The notes beneath the pieces are model-generated. The model was not told the origin of the DNA and did not search any database. It saw nothing but the letters and a program-made list of their open reading frames with translations. A stretch of 64,000 nt of DNA from Myxococcales bacterium (lineage in GTDB: Bacteria; Myxococcota_C; UBA6777): NCBI GenBank assembly GCA_020632975.1, contig JACKEL010000004.1, positions 271,963-335,962 of the forward strand, read 5' to 3'. How positions within the stretch are numbered: the stretch's first letter is position 1; the number at the start of each line of letters is the position of its first letter. The position numbers and the translations under genes are program-made. Below, piece by piece: positions 27,289 through 35,939 of this stretch.

Positions 27289-27876
27289 ATGCGCTATAAC
27301 CCTAGCGAAAAAGTCGATGTTGACTTTCATACAAAGTCTTTGATGGAGATCGCTGCACAAGCGGATGAGATCGAACCCGAAGTCGCGGAGTTTTTTGCGT
27401 GGGAGTGCGGTGTTTGGGCCTTGCAACAAGAACGAGAAAGCGGTCGCAAGCTCCCTCCGCCTTTGTGGAAAGCTCTTGATGCAGCACGCTCTGTGTTGGA
27501 AGGGCGTTTGGCCCCAAAAGAGCTGGAGTTGCATCGAAGCAGTGCGCTTGGACTTGCAGGGGCGCTCTCCCCAGAACAACCCTTTTCTTCGTTGCGTAAG
27601 TCGCTTTGCTGGATCGTTGCTTATATCTGTAGCATCCCTGAGGACGGCTTTTGGCGCCAACAAAATCTGCGGCAAGTCTTGCATCACTTGGCTCCTTTGT
27701 TGGAGATGTGGCCTCACGCAAATCCTTATTGGGGAGGAGAGCGATTGCAAGCGCTTCGTTCGATGCATCGGGCTTTACAGCGTCGTTTATGTTTGCTTTT
27801 GTTGGCGAGGGCCAAAAAGATCGATGCGTTCGTTCCTTTGGCGCGCCTAGAGTTGGAAGAGGGGCTGTTTGGGTGA
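27289..27876 (+). CDS. Hypothetical 195-aa helical protein, 12 nt downstream of the STAND gene and probably co-transcribed with it
   Basis: Protein-like composition, unlike the Arg/Ser-rich antisense ORF on the opposite strand. Tight spacing to the upstream stop. No known motif. Confidence 0.55.
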   Translation: MRYNPSEKVDVDFHTKSLMEIAAQADEIEPEVAEFFAWECGVWALQQERESGRKLPPPLWKALDAARSVLEGRLAPKELELHRSSALGLAGALSPEQPFSSLRKSLCWIVAYICSIPEDGFWRQQNLRQVLHHLAPLLEMWPHANPYWGGERLQALRSMHRALQRRLCLLLLARAKKIDAFVPLARLELEEGLFG

Positions 27877-27883
27877 GGGGTGC

Positions 27884-29296
27884 TTAATCAAGCCAACGCA
27901 GGGTCGCAGGGAGTTCTCCTTTGGGGCGGAGGGTGATCAAAGCTTCGGGTTCTGCGTAGTGATGCGCGGGGACATTCACCTCAACATGCTGCATGAGCAT
28001 CGCCAAGATAAGTTGGGCCTCAAGCATCGCAAATCCCTTTCCAATGCACATACGCTGCCCCCCGCCAAAAGGAAAATACGCAAAGCGATGGCGTTGTTTT
28101 TCTGTTTCTGGGAAAAAACGTGTGGGATCAAAACGACCAGGATCTTTCCAAAAGCCCGGATGACGGTGTGTTGAGAATGGACTAATCACGACCGTTGAAC
28201 CTGCTGGGATCGTGTAACCGTCGATCTCATCGTCTTCTTCTGCGCGTCGAGTCAGTGCCCAAGCTGGCGGATAGAGACGCATCGCTTCTTGTATCACCAT
28301 CGACAACAGCGGAATCGCTGGAAGATCCGAGACCAAAGGTGCCCTTCCTTGTAAGTGAGCACGGCAGTCTTGTTGAAGGTAGTGTGCGATCTTGGGGTGT
28401 TTGGAGAGCAAGTAGAGCGTCCACGACAGTGTGTTGGCCGTGGTCTCATGTCCCGCGATCATCATCGTCAACAACTCGTCGCGGATCTGAGCGTGCGACA
28501 TGGGTTCTTGGGTTTCTTCATCGCGGGCTTGAAGCAAAAGGCTCACAAGATCCCGACGTGGCTTGTTTGGAGCGCGCAAGATGTCTTTGCGGCGCTCGTC
28601 GATCATCGAAGTCACGATGTGATGGAGTTTGGCGGTACTTTGGCGGATACGTTTGTTTCGCGGCGTTGGGGCACCTGACCACACGATCTCGACAGGTCCC
28701 AATAACATCAACTCTTTGCTTGCGGTCTCAAACGCCGCACCCACTTCGTTGGAGGCGCCCAACAAATCCAGATCGAACAAGGCGCGACCCACGATATGCA
28801 AGGTCAATCTTGTCATCTCTTCGACGATGTCGATGGATTGGGCTGGATCCTTCTTGGCACGCCAACGATCGAGCATATTCTCTGTGCATTCCAACATCAT
28901 GGGGCCCAAGTCTTCGACGTGTTGGCGCGAAAAGAGCGGCTGGATCATGCGCCGCTGCTTTTTCCACAGCTCCCCTTCGCTCGTCAAAAGCCCTTCTCCG
29001 CCCAAACGCCGCAACAGTCTGTAATCAATGGTGCGTTTGCTGTAGATCCGCGCTTTTTCTTGAAGCACATGTCGAACATGATCCGGGTGATTGAGTTGGT
29101 AGATCGGCCACACAAACATCCGATAATACGTCATGTCGCCGCTTTGGGAGGCATTTTGGTGCATGACTTCTGGGTTGGTGTAGAGACCCACGCTTTCCGT
29201 GATCAGCGCGGCGTTGGGTCCAGGAGGACGTTTGGGGCCTCGCAGTAAAGCTGCAAAGTTGTTGTTGCGTAAAGCCCCGCGGATGGAGGTCAACAT
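27884..29296 (-). CDS. Cytochrome P450
   Basis: Heme-binding loop FGGGQRMCIGKGFA. ETLR-like K-helix AGHETT. PPGP near the N-terminus. Length 470 aa. Confidence 0.9.
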   Translation of the reverse strand: MLTSIRGALRNNNFAALLRGPKRPPGPNAALITESVGLYTNPEVMHQNASQSGDMTYYRMFVWPIYQLNHPDHVRHVLQEKARIYSKRTIDYRLLRRLGGEGLLTSEGELWKKQRRMIQPLFSRQHVEDLGPMMLECTENMLDRWRAKKDPAQSIDIVEEMTRLTLHIVGRALFDLDLLGASNEVGAAFETASKELMLLGPVEIVWSGAPTPRNKRIRQSTAKLHHIVTSMIDERRKDILRAPNKPRRDLVSLLLQARDEETQEPMSHAQIRDELLTMMIAGHETTANTLSWTLYLLSKHPKIAHYLQQDCRAHLQGRAPLVSDLPAIPLLSMVIQEAMRLYPPAWALTRRAEEDDEIDGYTIPAGSTVVISPFSTHRHPGFWKDPGRFDPTRFFPETEKQRHRFAYFPFGGGQRMCIGKGFAMLEAQLILAMLMQHVEVNVPAHHYAEPEALITLRPKGELPATLRWLD

Positions 29297-29377
29297 CTGT
29301 TTGGTCCCCTTGGTTCAAAGCGTCGATGAGAGCGGGTTTGGCGGCGAGCACATCAAAAGAGCTAGCTGCTTTTTCGC

Positions 29378-29785
29378 TCAAGCTTGTGGGTTCAGTTTCA
29401 CGATATACACCGTGATGGCATTTATATCACGCCCATAATACAGCTTATCAAGTGCTTCATAGATGTTTCGGGCACTAAAATAAGAGGTTTGAAGGTCCGC
29501 GCCATCTTTGGAACGCCATTGAATGGTGTAGCTGTTTTCGCTGGGTCGCGTTTGTTTCACGTATTCGACAAGTTTTTTCAACGCATCTATTTTGTCCACG
29601 CCACGGGTCTGATGGAACAAAAAGGATTGTCTGTGGCGCGGATTGATGGTCACCAAAGCGAGGTGGATCAGGCCGTCCACTTGTTTGTATTCGAACATCA
29701 GGTGATCAGAGTCCACCCCCAACATGTCTTGGATTTGCTTTTGGAGATGGGCGATATCGACGCGGCTATCTGGGGTTTCTGTCAT
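29378..29785 (-). CDS. Hypothetical protein (135 aa) upstream of the P450 and co-oriented with it
   Basis: Clean ORF with protein-like composition, 81 nt upstream of the P450 start. No motif recognised. Confidence 0.5.
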   Translation of the reverse strand: MTETPDSRVDIAHLQKQIQDMLGVDSDHLMFEYKQVDGLIHLALVTINPRHRQSFLFHQTRGVDKIDALKKLVEYVKQTRPSENSYTIQWRSKDGADLQTSYFSARNIYEALDKLYYGRDINAITVYIVKLNPQA

Positions 29786-30045
29786 GATCTTGTCCTAATG
29801 TTGGGGCTTTTGCGTTCTTTTGAAACGTACACCAGATCCTAAGCCTTGAAAAGTAGGCGCATGAGAGGTTTCTGCTCAAAAACAGAATATCGTCGCCTTT
29901 TGTCGCGTCAGATGCCAGAGCCCCAAAAAACTCCACCGTGATATCTCACCTATTCGCTCAATGAACCGCGCAAAAACGTAAAGAATCTCTCTCACGCAAA
30001 AACACCGAAGAATCTTCTTTTCGTTTTCTTTCTGTTCGATAACAC

Positions 30046-30065
30046 AAGAGCACATTTGTGCTCTT
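30046..30065. promoter_or_regulatory. Perfect 9-bp inverted repeat with 2-nt spacer (AAGAGCACA TT TGTGCTCTT), ~25 nt upstream of the Cys-rich gene start
   Basis: Seen directly in the sequence. Operator-like position upstream of the Cys-rich gene start. Confidence 0.35.
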
Positions 30066-30090
30066 TTCCCCACAGATGAAGGAGACCTTT

Positions 30091-30816
30091 ATGCTCAAAA
30101 CTTATTTGCCGTTGATTTGTCTTTTGTTGTTCGCTTTTCCAAGCAAGGCAGACGCGAGATGTCGCCACGAGGGAGGGACCTACGAAGAAGGATGGACGCG
30201 TTGTTCGGGCAAAAATGCCATGCTCAAGTGCAAGAGCGGCAAGTGGGCAAACATTCTTTGGTGTCCCCATGGTTGTTACTTTGAAAAGATGGGAGAAGCC
30301 CGCTGTCACTGCGAAACATCCAGAAAGGATGGGCAGTCTTTTTGTCGTAAAAACCAGACCTGTGTGTGTAGTAGCACCCCACATAAATATTCTTCCTTCT
30401 CTTGCAAACCCTGTCAGAGTGAGCTTGTCTGCAAGCGCGGTGCTTGTGTGCCGCCCACATGTTTTGCAGGCGGAATCCATTACACAGAAGGCCAGACACG
30501 ATGCTCTTCTCGTGAACTGAATGTTTGCAAGAAAGGACGCTGGAGAAAGCTTCGGACCTGTCGCGCAGGATGTTATCGAAAAAAACAAGGTGAATCCGCG
30601 TGTATGTGCAATGGAAAAATACAGGATGGTAAGTTTTTCTGCGTCCAAAGCCGCCGTTATCAATGTATCGCAAAGTCTACAGGGACGACCAAAAGAGCGG
30701 CTGAATGCCCGAAAGGACATTTTTGCAACAAAGGGGCGTGTGTGCCACTTCGCTGCAAAAATTGTAAGAAAAATACAGTCAAATCACCAAGCAATGGATC
30801 CACAAATCTGCGCTGA
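30091..30816 (+). CDS. Secreted cysteine-rich protein with an internally duplicated ~50-aa module
   Basis: AAGGAG RBS 6 nt upstream. Signal peptide MLKTYLPLICLLLFAFPSKADA. Module CRHEGGTYEEGWTRCS...CKSGKWANILWCPHGCY...C repeats as CFAGGIHYTEGQTRCS...CKKGRWRKLRTCRAGCY...C. 34 Cys in 242 aa. Confidence 0.65.
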   Translation: MLKTYLPLICLLLFAFPSKADARCRHEGGTYEEGWTRCSGKNAMLKCKSGKWANILWCPHGCYFEKMGEARCHCETSRKDGQSFCRKNQTCVCSSTPHKYSSFSCKPCQSELVCKRGACVPPTCFAGGIHYTEGQTRCSSRELNVCKKGRWRKLRTCRAGCYRKKQGESACMCNGKIQDGKFFCVQSRRYQCIAKSTGTTKRAAECPKGHFCNKGACVPLRCKNCKKNTVKSPSNGSTNLR

Positions 30817-30849
30817 GCGGCCTCTCAAGCGGCCATGCTTGGGGAGATC

Positions 30850-31447
30850 CCAGCTTCTCCTGAGAGAAGATGCCCATGGGAAGATGGGCATGAAGGCCCT
30901 GAAGCAGAGGTGCGATGGGCATGAAGGGCATAGGGATATAAGGGGCTAAATGGGGGATAGGAGGGCGCGAGGAAGGGGCATCGGGATATAAGGGCATAGG
31001 GATATGGAGATGAGGAATAAGGGATAGGAGAGCGATGGGAGAGCGATGGGAGGGCGACCAGGAGGGCGACGGAGGGCCGGTGATGGGAGAGATGGGCGAG
31101 GGAATATTCTAGGGTGGATATTCGAGATGTGGAGGAATCAGCAAGATATTCGAGGATAGGGGCAGAGGGGCAAATATTCGAGAGAGCAGCAGGATATTCG
31201 AGATATCTAAAATCAGCAGGATCTCGAGGGATTTCGAGGGAATATCAAAAATCGGGAAGAGCAGTCGTTTTAGGAGGAATCTCTGTGGCTTATCAAATCA
31301 GGGAATCTCGGTCATTTTCGGGGATATCTAAAATCGGGAATCTCGGTCGTTTCCTGGGGCGGCCCTCTGTGGCCGCCCTAAAAAGAGATCCAAGGATATC
31401 GAGGATTTATCCTGGCCGCCCTAAAAAAGATCCAAGGATATCGAGGA
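30850..31447. repeat. ~600-bp non-coding, strongly purine-rich (top strand) multi-family short-repeat tract in a convergent intergenic region
   Basis: Block 1 (30880-31100) is almost pure G/A, with gggatataaggg, gcgatggga and gagggcga reiterations. Block 2 has (G)ATATTCGAG four times at 23-31 bp spacing. Block 3 has ATCTAAAATC(A/G)G twice and GGGAATCTCGGTC(A/G)TTT twice. There is a GGGCGGCC-ctctgt-GGCCGCCC hairpin at 31356-31377. Block 4 is a ~36-bp direct repeat, GGCCGCCCTAAAAA(G)AGATCCAAGGATATCGAGGATT, twice. Confidence 0.65.
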
Positions 31448-32554
31448 TTATTCGTCGTCGCTAGCGTTGTTGGGGCTGATGGAGAGGAGGTTGGAGAGGT
31501 CGCTGGTGTTGGTGATGAGCGTGAGCTTTTGAACTTTTCCAGCGATCTCTTTCCACGTTTCGAGTTCTTTCAATCGAAGCAGTGTGGGGTTGCGTTCGAG
31601 CATCTTTGCGGTGTTTGCGAGCGAACGTGTCGCAGCGGTTTCTTCACGACGCAGGATGTTGTTGGCAGCGGCTTCTTTTTCAGCTTCGATCACGCGGTTC
31701 AGCAGTTGTTTCATTTCGCCGGGCAGAACGATGTCTTTGATGTCAGTTCGTACGATTTGGACACCCCACTCTTGGCTACGGGGCTCCAGTTCAGCGCGCA
31801 TGGAAGTTGCGATCTCTACGCGGCTTTCGAGCAATTCGTCAACGGTGTGCCCTGCGATGAAGGAGCGCGCGATCATCTGTGTTTCGCTGTAGATAGCGTT
31901 GTAGAGGTTATCGACGCTTTCGACGCTGCGTTGGGCATCATGGATCTTGTACTTGATGATCAAGTTGAGTCGCAGCGAGACTTTATCGCGCGTCATGACC
32001 TCTTGTCCGACGATTTGGATCTCTTGTTCGCGGAGGTCCAACAGGCGGATATCGAGTTTGCGCCTCCACACGCTCAGGGCGTAGTTTCCTGCGTCCAGTG
32101 TCTTTTCGAGCTTGCCATTGACGTAAAGCAGGGCTTGTTGGTAGGGCAAGACACTTTGGTTGTTGACGAACTCGTTGGCGATGAGCTTGCGGTGATCTTC
32201 GGGGATCTCAAGGAAAAGCTCATTGAGGTCGTAACGATGGAGTTTTGTGGGAAACCGTTCCGTCCAAAGGATGTAACGTCCGGGCCGCAGCATGCTGTGG
32301 GGTCGGTTATCGATTTCAAGGATGGCGATCTCGTGGCTTTCGATGGTCGCGAGTTCGCCTGCATTTTTTGGTAAGAGGCGTTCAATCTCGGCGGTTAGGT
32401 AGGTGTAGCCACCATCCAAGTTAATCTTGCGGACTTCGAAGGTCGAGCCAAAATTCCACCATGTATGGCGACCAGCGTCGAGCCAGCGAGTAAGCTTGCC
32501 ATCTTTGTAGAGCAAGCCGCGTTCATTTTCTTGGATGATAACATCAGTACGCAT
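31448..32554 (-). CDS. SPFH/Band 7 (stomatin/prohibitin-like) domain protein, apparently without an N-terminal TM helix
   Basis: SPFH core starts ALLYVNGKLEKTLDAG...VMTRDKVSLRLNLIIKYKI, followed by coiled-coil EAEKEAAANNILRREETAATR. The first ~110 aa look like a partial duplication of the SPFH N-terminal strands. Confidence 0.75.
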   Translation of the reverse strand: MRTDVIIQENERGLLYKDGKLTRWLDAGRHTWWNFGSTFEVRKINLDGGYTYLTAEIERLLPKNAGELATIESHEIAILEIDNRPHSMLRPGRYILWTERFPTKLHRYDLNELFLEIPEDHRKLIANEFVNNQSVLPYQQALLYVNGKLEKTLDAGNYALSVWRRKLDIRLLDLREQEIQIVGQEVMTRDKVSLRLNLIIKYKIHDAQRSVESVDNLYNAIYSETQMIARSFIAGHTVDELLESRVEIATSMRAELEPRSQEWGVQIVRTDIKDIVLPGEMKQLLNRVIEAEKEAAANNILRREETAATRSLANTAKMLERNPTLLRLKELETWKEIAGKVQKLTLITNTSDLSNLLSISPNNASDDE

Positions 32555-32708
32555 CCGAGATCTCCTTTGCAGTGAAAGCGGAAAATCCCCTTGACAAGGG
32601 TAGGTAAGGTAGCGACAACATGCGCGCGGAGTGCCATACGGTATAACACGCTTGTGGGTTCGCTTGGGAAAGAAAATGTATGGGACCAGAAGCCTTTGGG
32701 AGGAAGAG

Positions 32709-34097
32709 ATGACATCGCAAGGACAAGCATGTGGGGAAGATTTGAGCGTTGACGTAGTGATCGTGGGGGCTGGACTTGCGGGCCTTTCAGCGGCTTGGGA
32801 GCTTTCGCGGCGTGGTCTCTCTGTCTGTGTTTTGGAAGCGAGAGATCGTGTGGGGGGGCGGGTTCGGACTTCGCGGGAGGGTTGGTTGCACGGTCAATAC
32901 GCGGAGGCGGGCGCTGAGTATGTCGGGACAGAACACGAGCGTGTTGCTGCTTACCTCGAAGAGATGGGGCTTTCGCGCACAAAGGCAGCAGATCCTTACC
33001 AGCGTGTTCAGTTTGGGGGGAAAGTCACATCCTTTTTGCGCCCTGAGGCTTCCGTGATCCCCGAGCGTCTAGGGCGTTTGTTGTCAGGGAACTTTTTTAG
33101 CATGGATCTCGAAGAAGCTTGTTTGCTCCCGATATTCGATGCTTTGGGGGCAGAGACAGAAGAAGAGGCTGTGGAGAGAGGTGGGCGTTTGAGTGTCGAA
33201 GAGGGCCTCAAGCTGATAGAGGCTTACCCTGAAGAACAGACTTACGTGGCGATGCGCATCGTGCCTTTCGAGGGGGTGGGATTGGATGCGATCAATGTGT
33301 TGGATCTGGGGCAAGAGGGGTGGCCAGACGACTACCAAGAAGAGATGTACCGCGTGGAAGGTGGAAACCAAAGACTGCCCGAAGCGTTGGCCGAGCGTCT
33401 TGGAGATAAGGTGATCTTGGGCGGAAAAGTCCGTGCGATCAGCCAAGATGATGCGGGGGCGGAGGTTTGTTTTCTGCAACAAGGAGAGGACTGTTGTGTG
33501 CGGGGGCGTGCGGTGTTGCTGGCCTTGCCGTTGGTGGCGTTGCAGTCTGTAAAGAGCCAACCTGCTTGGCCTGCCCCCATGCAAGCTGCGATGAGTCAGA
33601 TGAATTATGGAAAAGTCCTCAAAGTGAATGTGCAGTTTGCGCGGCGTTTTTGGGAAGATGCGGATTGGAACGGTGGGATGATCTCGGATCACCCGTTGTG
33701 TGTCTGGCATGCAACAGAGCATCAGGGTGGAGAGTCGGGGATCTTAGCGCTTTATTTGACGGGCCCATTTGCTGAAGATATGCGGGGCTTGGGCAAAGAT
33801 GAGTTGCTTCAGTCTGTCCTTGCATTGGTTGAACCATCGCTTCAAGCCTCGCAAGAAAAAGTCTTGCACTTCGAAGTCGATGATTGGTCAGGAGATCCTT
33901 TAAGCGGCGGTGGTTGGGCGGTTTACCCTGTCGGAGAAGAAGAACAGGCCTATGAGTCTTTGTTGTCCGAACATGGCTGTTGTTTCTTTGCAGGGGAGCA
34001 CCTTGCGAGCGAGTACAACGCCACGATGGAAGGGGCGATCTGTTCAGGGCACGAAGCGGCAGAGGCGATCTTGGCTTACTTGGGCGTGGAAGAATAA
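32709..34097 (+). CDS. Flavin-containing amine oxidase (MAO/L-amino-acid-oxidase/protoporphyrinogen-oxidase superfamily)
   Basis: N-terminal FAD fingerprint DVVIVGAGLAGLSAAWEL...VLEARDRVGGRV. Length ~460 aa. GGAGG RBS 5 nt before the ATG at 32709. Confidence 0.85.
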   Translation: MTSQGQACGEDLSVDVVIVGAGLAGLSAAWELSRRGLSVCVLEARDRVGGRVRTSREGWLHGQYAEAGAEYVGTEHERVAAYLEEMGLSRTKAADPYQRVQFGGKVTSFLRPEASVIPERLGRLLSGNFFSMDLEEACLLPIFDALGAETEEEAVERGGRLSVEEGLKLIEAYPEEQTYVAMRIVPFEGVGLDAINVLDLGQEGWPDDYQEEMYRVEGGNQRLPEALAERLGDKVILGGKVRAISQDDAGAEVCFLQQGEDCCVRGRAVLLALPLVALQSVKSQPAWPAPMQAAMSQMNYGKVLKVNVQFARRFWEDADWNGGMISDHPLCVWHATEHQGGESGILALYLTGPFAEDMRGLGKDELLQSVLALVEPSLQASQEKVLHFEVDDWSGDPLSGGGWAVYPVGEEEQAYESLLSEHGCCFFAGEHLASEYNATMEGAICSGHEAAEAILAYLGVEE

Positions 34098-34147
34098 ACG
34101 CGCGTAGTGGTTGCTTTTGGGGGGTGGAAAGGGCGGATAATCGGGGA

Positions 34148-35935
34148 TTAGAACTTGATGAGGCCAAACATCCACGCAAGTACTGCAGCGGAAGCGAGAA
34201 GTCCTACAACGACGGATATATACAACACCATCTTGTTGTCAGGGGGTGGTGTAGAAAGTGTGTCGTCGTTGATATCGATGGATGGGATCGGGCCGACGGT
34301 GCTGATCTCTGCGTCTGTGGAGGCTTGTGTCTCTGGGGGGAGTGGGGCTGGTGCGCCTGGCTGTGTTTGGGAGTCTGGATCTTCGAAAGGCTCGGGTGTT
34401 GGGGTTTGTGGCGCATGGGATGGCGTTGTATGAAAGGGGCTGGATTTGGTGTGGTGTGGGATCGAAGGTGGTGGTGTTTGAGAGATAAAGGCGTCCATCT
34501 CCGCGGAGGCAGCCTCGGCTGTTGGGCTGATGGGAGAGAGCACTTCGCTTGGTGGTGCGGGGGTGCTTGTTGCTGAGACAGCCTCAGGGAGCGTGCCAGG
34601 CTCTGGGGTAAATGTCAGGGGAGAAAAGCGGGAGGTGGCTTCGTCGAGGAACAGGACATTCATTTTTGCGTCGTCGTCGAAAGCCACGGGTAAATCGGGA
34701 TAATCCGTCATTGAGGTGGGGTCGTCATCTTTGGGGACCCCACCTGCGATGGTTGCGTCTTCTCCCTCGAAAGCGTTGGGGAGTTGAACGGGAGAGAGAA
34801 GCCCTGAAGAAGCGAATGCGTCGAGCGCAGGATTGAAGGGGCGGGTTTGGTCATCTGCGAGACCTTCGATCTTGATCTTGAGCACGCCGTGGGAGCTGGG
34901 GACTTCGTCGTCGAAGAACTGGGAAGCTTCGTCGAGGTCGAGTTCGTTGTCTTTGTGGAATGGGTCGTCTTTGATCTTGATGCGTTGGACCCAAAGAGAG
35001 AGGGCTTCTTTGTTTTCATCAGGAGACAAGGTCTCGTTGGGGAGTTCTTCGTCCAAGACGCGTTGCAGTGCGCGTTTGAGTGCATTGGGGTTGGAAAAGC
35101 GGTCATCCGGGTGTTTTTCGAGCAAGCACAAAGCCACCTCTTGGAGCAACACGGGGATGTCCTGCTTTTTGGAGATCATGGGGGGAGGAGGCTCAACTTG
35201 GATGGCGCGCAAAGTCTCTACCAAAGAAACCCTTGGGTAAGGAGGTTGTCCCACACACATCTCGTAAAGGATGGTTCCTAGCGCGAAAAGCTCTGAGGAA
35301 GGATCGCGATAGTGCGAGGTGACTTGTTCAGGGGAGAGGTAGGTCGGGTGCCCTTCGAGGAGACCATTTTCGGTTTCATAGCGAGGTCGGAAGATCTTGG
35401 CGACCCCAAAGTCAAGCAGGTTGATGGTACCGTTTGTGTCGATCCCGATGTGTTCGGGGGTGAGGTTGCCATGCAGATACTGCTCGCTGGGATCGGCATA
35501 GGCTGAGCGCTTCTCATTTTTGTTGTAAGCGTACTCAAGGGCATCACAGAGGCCAAGGATGACACGTGCAGCGTGGTACCAAGGGATCGGGATGTCATAC
35601 TGGGCGAGGTGGGAGAACATCAACTGTCGAAGTGTGTGTCCAGAGAAAAACGGCGTGATGAGGTAGAAGTACTCTTTCCAATGTCCGTGTTGGATCGGTA
35701 AGAAAAGAGTCGTGTGATCGAGGGCTTTTAATCGATTGAGTTCTTTCTCTAGGACTTGTTCTAACTTTGCGTCCTGTAAGTGCTTTTTTTGGATAAGTCG
35801 CAGCAGCACCTCTGCGGGTGGCTTATCTTTGCGGAAGTATTGCGCGCTCCACAGTTGGATTTGATTTTTGGGGGCGAGCGGTTTCCCTAAGATAACTTCG
35901 CCATCGGCAAGAGAGTCGCCAGCTTTTAAGGTCAT
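34148..35935 (-). CDS. Ser/Thr protein kinase with Pro/Thr-rich linker and C-terminal tail-anchor TM helix
   Basis: HGNLTPEHI, DFGVAKIF and YLSPEQ motifs. C-terminus MVLYISVVVGLLASAAVLAWMFGLIKF. Confidence 0.85.
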   Translation of the reverse strand: MTLKAGDSLADGEVILGKPLAPKNQIQLWSAQYFRKDKPPAEVLLRLIQKKHLQDAKLEQVLEKELNRLKALDHTTLFLPIQHGHWKEYFYLITPFFSGHTLRQLMFSHLAQYDIPIPWYHAARVILGLCDALEYAYNKNEKRSAYADPSEQYLHGNLTPEHIGIDTNGTINLLDFGVAKIFRPRYETENGLLEGHPTYLSPEQVTSHYRDPSSELFALGTILYEMCVGQPPYPRVSLVETLRAIQVEPPPPMISKKQDIPVLLQEVALCLLEKHPDDRFSNPNALKRALQRVLDEELPNETLSPDENKEALSLWVQRIKIKDDPFHKDNELDLDEASQFFDDEVPSSHGVLKIKIEGLADDQTRPFNPALDAFASSGLLSPVQLPNAFEGEDATIAGGVPKDDDPTSMTDYPDLPVAFDDDAKMNVLFLDEATSRFSPLTFTPEPGTLPEAVSATSTPAPPSEVLSPISPTAEAASAEMDAFISQTPPPSIPHHTKSSPFHTTPSHAPQTPTPEPFEDPDSQTQPGAPAPLPPETQASTDAEISTVGPIPSIDINDDTLSTPPPDNKMVLYISVVVGLLASAAVLAWMFGLIKF

Positions 35936-35939
35936 GATG

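Noticed and set aside
27223-27768. 181-aa minus-strand ORF competing with the 27289-27876 plus-strand ORF
   Set aside because: Its translation is Arg/Ser/Lys-rich junk. The plus-strand ORF has balanced helical composition and operon-like spacing to the STAND gene.
29992-30720. 242-aa minus-strand ORF opposite the Cys-rich gene
   Set aside because: The plus-strand product has a signal peptide, an RBS and an internally duplicated Cys module. The antisense translation lacks any of these.
30850-31447. Possible CRISPR array in the repeat tract
   Set aside because: Repeat units are of several different families with irregular spacing. There is no constant repeat/spacer periodicity and no cas genes nearby.
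31114-31464. 116-aa ORF across the purine-rich repeat tract
   Set aside because: The translation is a direct readout of the DNA repeats (ISRIYPGRPKKDPRISRI-like iterations), with no start context. It is not a plausible protein.
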